57,516 nucleotides of DNA, from the NCBI GenBank assembly GCA_036277635.1, contig DASUMP010000067.1, positions 1 to 57,516 of the forward strand. Reading direction: 5' to 3'. The number at the start of each line of letters is the position of its first letter. Position 1 is the first letter of the stretch. Under the pieces are notes generated by a model, which had not been told where the DNA came from, searched no databases, and saw only the letters and a program-made list of their open reading frames with translations. Made by a program: the position numbers and the translations under genes. The stretch comes from Acidimicrobiia bacterium (GTDB lineage Bacteria > Actinomycetota > Acidimicrobiia > IMCC26256 > PALSA-610). Positions 43,361-51,042 of the stretch are shown here, in pieces.

Positions 43361-43795
43361 ATGACGATCGCCGATCCTCCGTTCCGCATCCTGCCGCGCG
43401 TCACTGATCGGAACCGGTTCTTCTGGACCGGCGGCGCGGAGGGCGAGCTGCGGTTCTTGCGCTGCCAGGACTGCGGGTACTACTTGCACCCGCCGCTGCC
43501 GCGCTGTCCGCAGTGTCGATCGAAGCGGGTCGCGCCCGAAGCGGTCTCCGGACGCGCCCGGCTCGCCACGTTCAGCATCAACCATCAGCCGTGGATGCCC
43601 GGGCCCGAGCTTCCGTATGTCGTGGCGATCGTGGAGATCGACGAGCAGCCGACGGTTCGACTCACGACGAACGTCGTGCACTGCGCGCACGACGAGATTC
43701 GCATCGGGATGGCGTTGCGCGTCGTGTTCGAGCACCACGAGGACCCCGACGGCGACGTGTGGCTCCCGCTGTTCGAGCCCGACCCGGAGGCATGA
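43361..43795 (+). CDS. DUF35 zinc-ribbon/OB-fold protein
   Basis: 144 aa. Contains CQDCG..(11)..CPQC followed by ARLATFSINH..VAIVEIDEQPTVRLTTNV. ATGA overlap with the downstream thiolase-like gene. Confidence 0.8.
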   Translation: MTIADPPFRILPRVTDRNRFFWTGGAEGELRFLRCQDCGYYLHPPLPRCPQCRSKRVAPEAVSGRARLATFSINHQPWMPGPELPYVVAIVEIDEQPTVRLTTNVVHCAHDEIRIGMALRVVFEHHEDPDGDVWLPLFEPDPEA

Positions 43796-45021
43796 ACGCG
43801 ATGGCGTTCGACGCGAACGAGATCATCGAACGGCGCGCGTGCATCAGCGGCGTCGGTCAGTCGGCGATCGGTCGCCGCCTGCACCGTGATCCGGTCGACC
43901 TCACCCTCGACGGCTGTCTCGCCGCGATCGACGACGCGGGCCTGTCCGTCGCCGACATCGACGGGGTCTCGACCTACCCGGGTCCGATGGAAGTGCCGCC
44001 CGGGTTCTCCGGAGCGGGCGCGTACGACGTCATCGACGCGTTGCGTCTGTCAGTCGGTTGGTACAACAGCGGGCTCGAGACGTCCGGACAGCTCGGCTCA
44101 GTGATCAACGCGTGCCTCGCGGTCGCGTCCGGACTCGCGAACCACGTGTTGTGCTTCCGCTCCGTCTACGAGGGCTCGGCCCAAGGCGACAAGGGGCGCT
44201 CGGCGGTGATGCCGGGTGGTGGTGGCGGCAATCGCTATCGGGCGAGCGGGTTCCAGGAATGGAACCTGCCGTTCTCGGCGCCGTCGGCCGCGATCTGGAT
44301 CGCGATGTTCGCCCAGCGACACTTCCACGAGTTCGGGACCACTCGCGAACAGCTCGCGTGGATCGCGCTGAACGGTCGGCGGAACGCGCAGGTGAACCCG
44401 AACGCCATCTATCGCGATCCCATGTCGCTCGACGACTATCTCGCGGCGCGCATGATCTCGACGCCGTTCTGCCTGTACGACTGCGACGTGCCGTGCGACG
44501 GGACGACGGCGGTCGTCGTGTCGCGACGGGAACACGCCCGTTCGTTGCGCAAGCCGCCGATCAGGATCGAGGCGGTGGGCGCGGCGGTGCGCGGTCGCCC
44601 GTCGTGGGACCAGTTCGACGACCTGTCGACCATGGCGAACCGCGACGCGGCGGCGCAGATGTGGACACGCACCGACCTGCGTCCGACGGATGTCGAGTTG
44701 CTCGAGGCCTACGACGGGTTCTCGTTCATCACGATGTCGTGGATCGAAGCACTCGGTTTCTGCGGCGTCGGTGAGTCGGGTCCGTTCGTCGACGGCGGTG
44801 AACGCATCGCTCGCGACGGCGGCGTCCTCCCGTTGAACACGCACGGCGGGCAGCTCTCGGCGGGTCGATTGCACGGCTATGGGTTCCTGCACGAAGCCTG
44901 CGTGCAGCTCTGGGGTGAAGCGGGCGACCGTCAGGTCACCGTCCCGCGCGTTCCTGAGATCGCGATCGCCGCCGCCGGCGGCGGCAACACGTGCGGCTGC
45001 CTCCTCCTCGTCCGCGACTGA
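43792..45021 (+). CDS. Thiolase-fold protein lacking the nucleophile Cys (Ltp2/aldol-lyase-like)
   Basis: 409 aa. Contains NTHGGQLSAGRLHGYG. By-eye alignment to the neighbouring thiolases puts Thr (ETSGQ) where they have Cys (NACPSG / HCASG). Confidence 0.7.
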   Translation: MNAMAFDANEIIERRACISGVGQSAIGRRLHRDPVDLTLDGCLAAIDDAGLSVADIDGVSTYPGPMEVPPGFSGAGAYDVIDALRLSVGWYNSGLETSGQLGSVINACLAVASGLANHVLCFRSVYEGSAQGDKGRSAVMPGGGGGNRYRASGFQEWNLPFSAPSAAIWIAMFAQRHFHEFGTTREQLAWIALNGRRNAQVNPNAIYRDPMSLDDYLAARMISTPFCLYDCDVPCDGTTAVVVSRREHARSLRKPPIRIEAVGAAVRGRPSWDQFDDLSTMANRDAAAQMWTRTDLRPTDVELLEAYDGFSFITMSWIEALGFCGVGESGPFVDGGERIARDGGVLPLNTHGGQLSAGRLHGYGFLHEACVQLWGEAGDRQVTVPRVPEIAIAAAGGGNTCGCLLLVRD

Positions 45022-45047
45022 CCTCGCGCCCACCGCGCACGTGCCCC

Positions 45048-45112
45048 GCTTTGTGCGGCTGACGTGTCGTCGCGTGACGCGTGGGGCGCACAAAGCGGTG
45101 AGCGCGTCGTTG
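45048..45112. repeat. 65-nt structured repeat, copy A
   Basis: GCTTTGTGCGG-(28 nt)-CGCACAAAGCG-(6 nt)-GCGTCGTTG, with a 10-bp perfect stem. Starts 27 nt after the stop at 45021. Confidence 0.8.
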
Positions 45113-45131
45113 CTGGAACGCGGGTCGGTCG

Positions 45132-46064
45132 TCACGCGGCGTCGGCGCGTACGAGTGCGTCGCGCACGGTCGCGACGACATAACCCGGACGGTGCTCGAC
45201 GTCGTCCCAGGTGAAGACGAGGAGCGGCCACCCGGCGAGGAGGAGCTGGTTGGCCCGGTTGGCGTCGGCCGCTCGTTGGGAGCGGCTCGCGTGGGCGACC
45301 GCGCCGTGCAGCTCGATCCCGACTCGTGCGTGGGGATACGCGAAGTCGAGACGCGCCCCGCGTCCGTCAGGCCGACGCACGACGACTTGCCGACGGGGCG
45401 GTGGCAGTGCGGCTCGGCCGATCAGTCGGAGGAACCGGCGCTCGAGCACCGACTCGGGGGTCGCCGTCCCCGCCGTTCGATCGCGGAGCGCAGCGTCGAG
45501 CGTCTGGACGCCGTTGCGCCCCGGCCGTCGCCGCGCAGCGAGGATGCGTCGCAGGTCGCTGACCTTGATCCGACGAGCGCGCACCAGCCCGTCGATGACA
45601 TCTTCGAGTTGCTCCCGGGTCAGGACGCCTGCGAGATCCATGACCGTTCGGACCAGGTTCGTGCAGGGGATGCCGCCGATCACGGTGACGTCGACACGGC
45701 GGAGGTCGCTCGACCGGTGGAGGATCGCGTCGACGTCGCGTGCGTGACCACGCGCGACGGTGAGCTCGATCGGCTCGGCGCGGAAGCCGTCGATCCGGTG
45801 CAGAGCGGCCGCGGCGCGATGCGAAGCCACGGCACCGGGGCCGGCGTGCCAGCACGCGGCGAGCAGGGTCTGCGAGTAGCTGATCGGCACTGCGGTCACG
45901 CGGAAGACCTGGCCCGGTAGCTGGTCGACGACGCCGCGTCGGAGTCGTGTGCGCAGCATCGCGTCGGTGACACCTCGATGACGCAGGTCCGCGCGTCGGA
46001 TCAGGCCGTAGGTGCGAGCGGCGAGCGAGTGGATCGTCGCATCGGTGTTGTCACGTGCGGTCAT
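45132..46064 (-). CDS. DUF559 (Vsr-like endonuclease fold) protein with N-terminal AbiEi-like/winged-helix domain
   Basis: Start at MTARDNTDATIHSLAARTYGLIRRADL (GGGGGAA RBS). The C-terminus has ESVLERRFLRLI...LDFAYPHARVGIELHG...ANRANQLLLAGWPLLVFTW, typical of DUF559. Confidence 0.7.
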   Translation of the reverse strand: MTARDNTDATIHSLAARTYGLIRRADLRHRGVTDAMLRTRLRRGVVDQLPGQVFRVTAVPISYSQTLLAACWHAGPGAVASHRAAAALHRIDGFRAEPIELTVARGHARDVDAILHRSSDLRRVDVTVIGGIPCTNLVRTVMDLAGVLTREQLEDVIDGLVRARRIKVSDLRRILAARRRPGRNGVQTLDAALRDRTAGTATPESVLERRFLRLIGRAALPPPRRQVVVRRPDGRGARLDFAYPHARVGIELHGAVAHASRSQRAADANRANQLLLAGWPLLVFTWDDVEHRPGYVVATVRDALVRADAA

Positions 46065-46166
46065 CGAGCGTTCCCCCGATCGGTTCTGCAGAGGGGGGGA
46101 AGGACTGCTGGCCACGTTACGAGTGGGGTGCGACACCAACGCCGCTCGTCATTGCCCGTCCACAAC

Positions 46167-46231
46167 GCTTTGTGCGGTGAACACGTCGCCGGACGACGCA
46201 TCGATCGCACAAAGCGATTGATGCGTCGTTG
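46167..46231. repeat. 65-nt structured repeat, copy B
   Basis: Same architecture and spacing as copy A: GCTTTGTGCGG-(28 nt)-CGCACAAAGCG-(6 nt)-GCGTCGTTG. The loop sequence has diverged. Ends 35 nt before the stop of the ACAD gene at 46266. Confidence 0.8.
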
Positions 46232-46265
46232 GGTCAGGGGTGGGGGTCGTGCGGGGTCAGGGGAG

Positions 46266-47405
46266 TCAGGGGAGTCGGGGGAGGATGTGGGCGGCGAGGG
46301 TGGCGAGGTGGTGGTCGGCGGAGCCGAAGCGCACGGACTGCGAAAGCAGCCGCTTGAAGTAGAGGTGGATGTCGTGCTCCCACGTGAAGCCGATGCCGCC
46401 GAAGACCTGGATGGCCGTACCACCGAGCGCGGGCAAGGCGTCGGCGGTGAACGCCCGGGCGACCGTGGCCGCGCGGTGGGCTTCGACCGGATCGGCGGCG
46501 TCGGCGGCCCAGCACGCGTAGTAGGCGGCGGCCCGCCCGAGTTCGACGGCGCGCAGCATGTCGGCGCACAGGTGTTGGACGGCCTGGAACGACCCGATCG
46601 GTCGGTCGAACTGCACGCGCTCCTTCGCGTACTCGACGGCGAGCTCGAGCGCGCGTGCGGCGGCCCCGACCGCGTCGATCGCGTCGGCCACACCCATGCG
46701 GTCGAGCACGGTGCTCACGGTCGATCGGGCGACGCCGTCGTCGAGGGTGAGCGGCCACCCTCGGGCACCGGTGAGACGCACTGAAGCGTCGCCGCGCGTG
46801 CCGTCGACCGACGGCGTGGGAACGACGTCGACGCCGCCGTCGGACGTGTCGACCGCGAACAGGCCGAGGCCATCGGGGGTGCTCGCCGACACCACGAGCA
46901 GCCCGGCGTCGGCGCCGTCGGCGACGTGGGCCTTCTCACCGGTGAGGACCCAGCCGTCGCCGGTCGATCCGGCGCGCGTCGCCGGCTCGGTCCACGACCA
47001 GCGTCGGCCGGGCTCGAACAGCGCGACCGCGCCAACGGTGGCGCCCCGAGCGAGGTCGGGGAGGAGGAATGCGTGCTCGCGAGCGCCGCCCGCGAGTCGT
47101 ACGGCACTGACCGCGCCGATCGCGGACGCGACGTACGGCAGCGGACACACGGCGCGCCCCAGCTCTTCGAGGACGACGGCCGCGTCGACCATGCCCCGAC
47201 CCGCGCCGCCGTGCTCGTCGTCGACGAGCAGGCCGACGACGCCCATCTCGGCGAGTCCGTGCCAGACCGGGTCGTCGAGCGCGCGCGCCGCCGTCGTGGG
47301 ATCGAGGTGCGCGCGGACGTACGGGCTGATCGGTGCACGCTCGGCGAGGAAGCGACGGACCGACTCGCGCACGAGCTCGTGGTCGGCGGACAGCTCGAAG
47401 TCCAT
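46266..47405 (-). CDS. Acyl-CoA dehydrogenase family protein, beta-like
   Basis: 379 aa. Contains YAKERVQFDRPIGSFQAVQH and FGGIGFTWEHDIHLYFKR. No C-terminal GGTSEIQRN motif. Confidence 0.8.
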   Translation of the reverse strand: MDFELSADHELVRESVRRFLAERAPISPYVRAHLDPTTAARALDDPVWHGLAEMGVVGLLVDDEHGGAGRGMVDAAVVLEELGRAVCPLPYVASAIGAVSAVRLAGGAREHAFLLPDLARGATVGAVALFEPGRRWSWTEPATRAGSTGDGWVLTGEKAHVADGADAGLLVVSASTPDGLGLFAVDTSDGGVDVVPTPSVDGTRGDASVRLTGARGWPLTLDDGVARSTVSTVLDRMGVADAIDAVGAAARALELAVEYAKERVQFDRPIGSFQAVQHLCADMLRAVELGRAAAYYACWAADAADPVEAHRAATVARAFTADALPALGGTAIQVFGGIGFTWEHDIHLYFKRLLSQSVRFGSADHHLATLAAHILPRLP

Positions 47406-47420
47406 ACGGTCGGGCGACGG

Positions 47421-47452
47421 TAGCGGATCTGACGTTCGTGTCAGGTCCGCTA
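47421..47452. promoter_or_regulatory. 32-bp imperfect palindrome containing ACCTGAC-N6-GTCAGGT family site 2
   Basis: TAGCGGATCTGAC gttcgt GTCAGGTCCGCTA, core at 47427-47446. Sits in the 59-bp divergent region between two ACAD genes. The outer arms overlap -10-like TACCGT (minus) and TACCCT (plus) boxes. Confidence 0.55.
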
Positions 47453-47464
47453 CCCTCCGCGCCC

Positions 47465-48658
47465 GTGCGACTCCAATACGGCCCCGCCGAGGAGCAGTTC
47501 CGGGCGGAGCTGGTGGCGTGGCTCGACGAACACTGCCCGCCGCGTCACGTCCTCGCGCAGCCGAAGCAGTCGAGTGCGCACCTGCCGGATTGGGCGCGCG
47601 ACTGGCAGCGCACGCTGTTCGACCACGGCTGGCTCGTCCCCGGATGGCCGCCCGAGCTCGGCGGGCGCAACGCCACCCCGGTCGAGCAGATGATCTACTT
47701 CGAAGAGATGAGTCGCCGGGAGATCCCGCGCAGCCTCAACCCACAAGGGCTCGGGATCATCGCCCCGTCACTGCACGACTACGGCACCGACGACCAGCGC
47801 GCCCGACTCCTCGTCCCCACCCTGCGGGGGGAGCTCGCGTGGTGCCTCGGAATGAGCGAGCCCGGAGCCGGCAGCGACCTCGCGTCGTTGCGCACGCGCG
47901 CCGTGCTGGAGGGCGACGAGTTCGTCGTCAACGGCCAGAAGGTGTGGACGTCGGGCGCCCACCACGCCGACTGGTGCCTGTGCTTCGTGCGGACGGATCC
48001 CGACGCGCCCAAGCACAAGGGGATCAGCGCGCTCATCATCGACATGCGCTCGCCCGGCATCGAGACCCGTCCGTTCCCGGAGCTGACCGACACCGCGTTC
48101 TGCGACTTCAACGAGGTGTTCTTCACCGACGTGCGCGTCCCTCGCGACCACCTGATCGGCCCGCTGCACGGTGGATGGCCGATCACGCAGGGTTCACTCG
48201 CGCACGAACGGGCGATGCTCTGGATCAACTATGCGTACGACATGCAGCGCGCGGTGAGCGCGCTGATCGACCTCGGTGACCGGCGCACCGCCGACGGCGG
48301 CCGACTCGGCGACGACCCGCGCTTTCGTGACGCGGTCGCGTCGTTCCATGTCGACGCGCAGGCGCTGCTCGCGATGGGGTATCGAGGCTTCGCGAAGTTC
48401 ACGAAGGGCAAGTCGTCGCCCGAGCACTCGTTGCTGAAGCTGTTCGGGAGCGAGTCGCTGCAGCGCTGCCTGCTCTACGGCGTGGAGGCGCTCGGGCTCG
48501 ATGGCCTCGACGACGAACGGCTCGGTCCGCAGATGTGGCGCGAGGGTTCGTGGGCGTTCCAGTACCTGCGATCGTTCGGCGGCACGATCCCTGGTGGCAC
48601 GAGCGAGATCCAACGCAACATCATCGCGGAGCGCGTGCTCGGACTCCCGCGCGCGTGA
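47465..48658 (+). CDS. Acyl-CoA dehydrogenase, alpha-like (FAD-binding)
   Basis: GTG start in frame in track ORF 47333..48658. Contains CLGMSEPGAGSDLASL, VNGQKVWTSGA and GGTSEIQRNIIAERVLGLPRA. About 55-60 percent similar by eye to the 7436..8614 product. Confidence 0.85.
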   Translation: MRLQYGPAEEQFRAELVAWLDEHCPPRHVLAQPKQSSAHLPDWARDWQRTLFDHGWLVPGWPPELGGRNATPVEQMIYFEEMSRREIPRSLNPQGLGIIAPSLHDYGTDDQRARLLVPTLRGELAWCLGMSEPGAGSDLASLRTRAVLEGDEFVVNGQKVWTSGAHHADWCLCFVRTDPDAPKHKGISALIIDMRSPGIETRPFPELTDTAFCDFNEVFFTDVRVPRDHLIGPLHGGWPITQGSLAHERAMLWINYAYDMQRAVSALIDLGDRRTADGGRLGDDPRFRDAVASFHVDAQALLAMGYRGFAKFTKGKSSPEHSLLKLFGSESLQRCLLYGVEALGLDGLDDERLGPQMWREGSWAFQYLRSFGGTIPGGTSEIQRNIIAERVLGLPRA

Positions 48659-48696
48659 CGCCGTCGCCACCGCCCGGCGGTGGAGGAGGAGCGACC

Positions 48697-49377
48697 GTGG
48701 ACCGCGTGCTCAGCGACGCCGAGATCGCGAAGATGCAGCTGCCGTTGTGGGAGCAGGCCAAGCGCGCCATCGACGCCGGTGACGGTGACGCCGCCAAGAC
48801 GCTGATCGATCGGGCGACCGCGCAGTGGGCCGGGCTCAAGGACTACTCGATCAACTGGATCGCGTCGTTGCTCACGTTCGTCGCCGACGAGCTCGGCGAG
48901 GAGGCCGTCGAGCGTGCGCTGCGCACGACCGGTGACACCTTCGTTCGCCCGCGTCGCGACACCGGCACCGAGTGGGGTTCGCTCCCGGCGGCGCAGCGCG
49001 CGAAGGTCATCGCGCGTTCGATGCTCGGGAACATGGGCGCGGTCGAGGTGAGCGAGGACGACGAGAAGATCGTGCTCGCCTTCCGCTGCGGCAGCGGGGG
49101 CAAGCTGATCGACGACGGCAGGTACGACGGCGACCACGCGTACCGCACTCTGCGGGAGCGCAGCGGGCGCACGTTCATGCGCGACGAGCTGCCTGTGTAC
49201 TGCGCGCACTGCTCCGTGAACAACGAGATCCAGCCCCTCGAGTGGGGTGGCGTGCCCACCAGCATCGAATACCCGCCCGAACGGCCGGGCGACCCGTGCG
49301 TACACCACGTGTACAAGGACCCCGACGCGATGCCCGCCGCGGTCTACGTGCGGATCGGGAAGCGTCCGCCCCGATGA
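48697..49377 (+). CDS. Hypothetical Cys/His-motif protein (226 aa)
   Basis: GTG start after a strong GGAGGAGGA RBS. Contains FRCGSGG ... YCAHCS ... DPCVHHVY. ATGA overlap with the downstream acyl-CoA synthetase. No family recognised. Confidence 0.55.
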   Translation: MDRVLSDAEIAKMQLPLWEQAKRAIDAGDGDAAKTLIDRATAQWAGLKDYSINWIASLLTFVADELGEEAVERALRTTGDTFVRPRRDTGTEWGSLPAAQRAKVIARSMLGNMGAVEVSEDDEKIVLAFRCGSGGKLIDDGRYDGDHAYRTLRERSGRTFMRDELPVYCAHCSVNNEIQPLEWGGVPTSIEYPPERPGDPCVHHVYKDPDAMPAAVYVRIGKRPPR

Positions 49378-51011
49378 CGCTGCCGTGGCAGCCGATCGAC
49401 GTCGGCGCGCGCCGCGCCCAGCGCTACGTGCGCGAGGGGTTCTGGGACGACGAGACGCTCGGCGCGCTGCTCGCCGGCGGACTCGACGACGCGCGCGACG
49501 AGCCGTTCGTCGTCCGGTCGGAGCGGGCCCCCTACCGCGGCAGCCTGGGCGACGTCTTCGACCTCGCGCGGCGAGTGGCGACGGGGCTGCGCGCGCGAGG
49601 CGTGGGTCCGGGCGACGCGATCGCGTTCCAGCTCCCGAACTGGGTCGAAGCGGCCACGACGTTCTACGCGTGCGCGCTCCTCGGCGCGGTGGTGGTACCC
49701 ATCGTCCACTTCTACGGCGCGAAGGAGGTCGGCTACATCCTGCGCCGCACGCGCGTCCAGGGCCTCGTGACGACCGACGCGTTCGGCCACGTCGACTACG
49801 TCGCGAACCTCGCGGCGATGCGCAGCGCAGATGGGGGCCTCCCCGACCTCGAATGGGTCGCGTTCGTGGACGCTCCGCCGATCGACGCGACGTCGTTCGG
49901 GTTCGGCGACCTCGCGGACGCGACGCCGATCGACGGACCCGTGGCGGTCGACCCGAATGACGCGGCGCTCGTCGCGTACACGAGCGGGACGACATCGGAG
50001 CCGAAGGGCGTCGTGCATTCCCACCGCACGATCGGCGCCGAGATGCGTCAGCTGGGCGCGATCCAGGCCGCGGGCCCGCCGGCACTCACGGGTGCACCCG
50101 TCGGGCACGCGATCGGCATGCTCGCGGCCCTGCTGCTGCCGGTGCAGCGACGCCACGGCATCCACCTCATCGACGTGTGGGAACCCGGCCGGGTGCTCGC
50201 GGCGATGCTCGCCGACGGGCTGTCGGCGGGACAGGGGGCGACGTTCTTCCTCACGTCGCTGCTCGATCATCCCGACTTCGATCCCGCGCGTCACGGCGCC
50301 CTCATGCCCTACATCGGTCTCGGCGGATCGGCGGTGCCCGCGGCCGTCACCGAACGCGCGCGTGCGATCGGTATCGAGTGCTCCCGCTCGTTCGGATCGA
50401 CCGAGCACCCGTCGATCACCGGGTCCGCTCCGGCGGATCCGTGGGAGCAGCGGTGCCGCACCGACGGCAAGGCGCTGCCGGGCGTGGAGCTGCGGCTCGT
50501 CGACGAGGAGGAGCGCGACGTCGCGCCCGGCGTGGCCGGCGAGATCTGGAGCCGCGGCCCGGATTGCGCGTGGGGGTACACGGACCCGGCGCTGACGGCG
50601 GCGGCGTTCACGTCCGACGGCTGGTACCGCACCGGCGACATCGGAGTGCTCGACGCCGACGGTGCGCTGTCGATCACCGACCGCAAGAAGGACATCATCA
50701 TCCGCGGCGGTGAGAACATCAGCGCGGTCGAGATCGAAGAGCTGTTGGTGCGGATGCCGGGAGTCGCCGAGGTCGCGGTGGTCGCTGCGCCCGACGCGCG
50801 ACTCGGGGAGCACGCGTGCGCGTTCGTGCGCGTCCTCCCCGGCGCGCCGCCGCCGACGCTCGACGCGGTGCGCGCCACGCTCGACGACGCGGGCTTGGCT
50901 CGGCAGAAGTGGCCCGAGGAGCTGCGCGTCGTCGACGCGCTCCCGCGCACGCCGAGCGGCAAGGTGCAGAAGTACGTGTTGCGGGATCAGCTGCGGGCCG
51001 AGCCGCACTGA
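49374..51011 (+). CDS. AMP-dependent acyl-CoA synthetase/ligase
   Basis: 545 aa. Has the AMP-binding motif YTSGTTSEPKGVVHSH, plus GWYRTGD, ITDRKKDIIIRGGENIS and a terminal PRTPSGKVQK. Confidence 0.9.
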   Translation: MTLPWQPIDVGARRAQRYVREGFWDDETLGALLAGGLDDARDEPFVVRSERAPYRGSLGDVFDLARRVATGLRARGVGPGDAIAFQLPNWVEAATTFYACALLGAVVVPIVHFYGAKEVGYILRRTRVQGLVTTDAFGHVDYVANLAAMRSADGGLPDLEWVAFVDAPPIDATSFGFGDLADATPIDGPVAVDPNDAALVAYTSGTTSEPKGVVHSHRTIGAEMRQLGAIQAAGPPALTGAPVGHAIGMLAALLLPVQRRHGIHLIDVWEPGRVLAAMLADGLSAGQGATFFLTSLLDHPDFDPARHGALMPYIGLGGSAVPAAVTERARAIGIECSRSFGSTEHPSITGSAPADPWEQRCRTDGKALPGVELRLVDEEERDVAPGVAGEIWSRGPDCAWGYTDPALTAAAFTSDGWYRTGDIGVLDADGALSITDRKKDIIIRGGENISAVEIEELLVRMPGVAEVAVVAAPDARLGEHACAFVRVLPGAPPPTLDAVRATLDDAGLARQKWPEELRVVDALPRTPSGKVQKYVLRDQLRAEPH

Positions 51012-51042
51012 GCCGCGCTGAGTCGCGCCGTGGCGCGCGGGA

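Noticed and set aside
45132-46064. Type IV toxin-antitoxin (AbiEi/AbiEii) or defence locus
   Set aside because: Only the AbiEi-like N-terminal/DUF559 fusion protein is present. There is no AbiEii nucleotidyltransferase or other partner gene next to it. DUF559 proteins of this type are common stand-alone genes in actinobacteria.
45048-46231. Integron gene cassette with attC sites
   Set aside because: The flanking elements do resemble attC in having conserved inverted ends with a variable centre, and copy B ends in GTTGGGT (fits GTTRRRY). However, copy A does not fit the core-site consensus, there is no intI or attI in the window, and the cassette is a single gene. I kept it as a generic cassette/REP-like finding instead.
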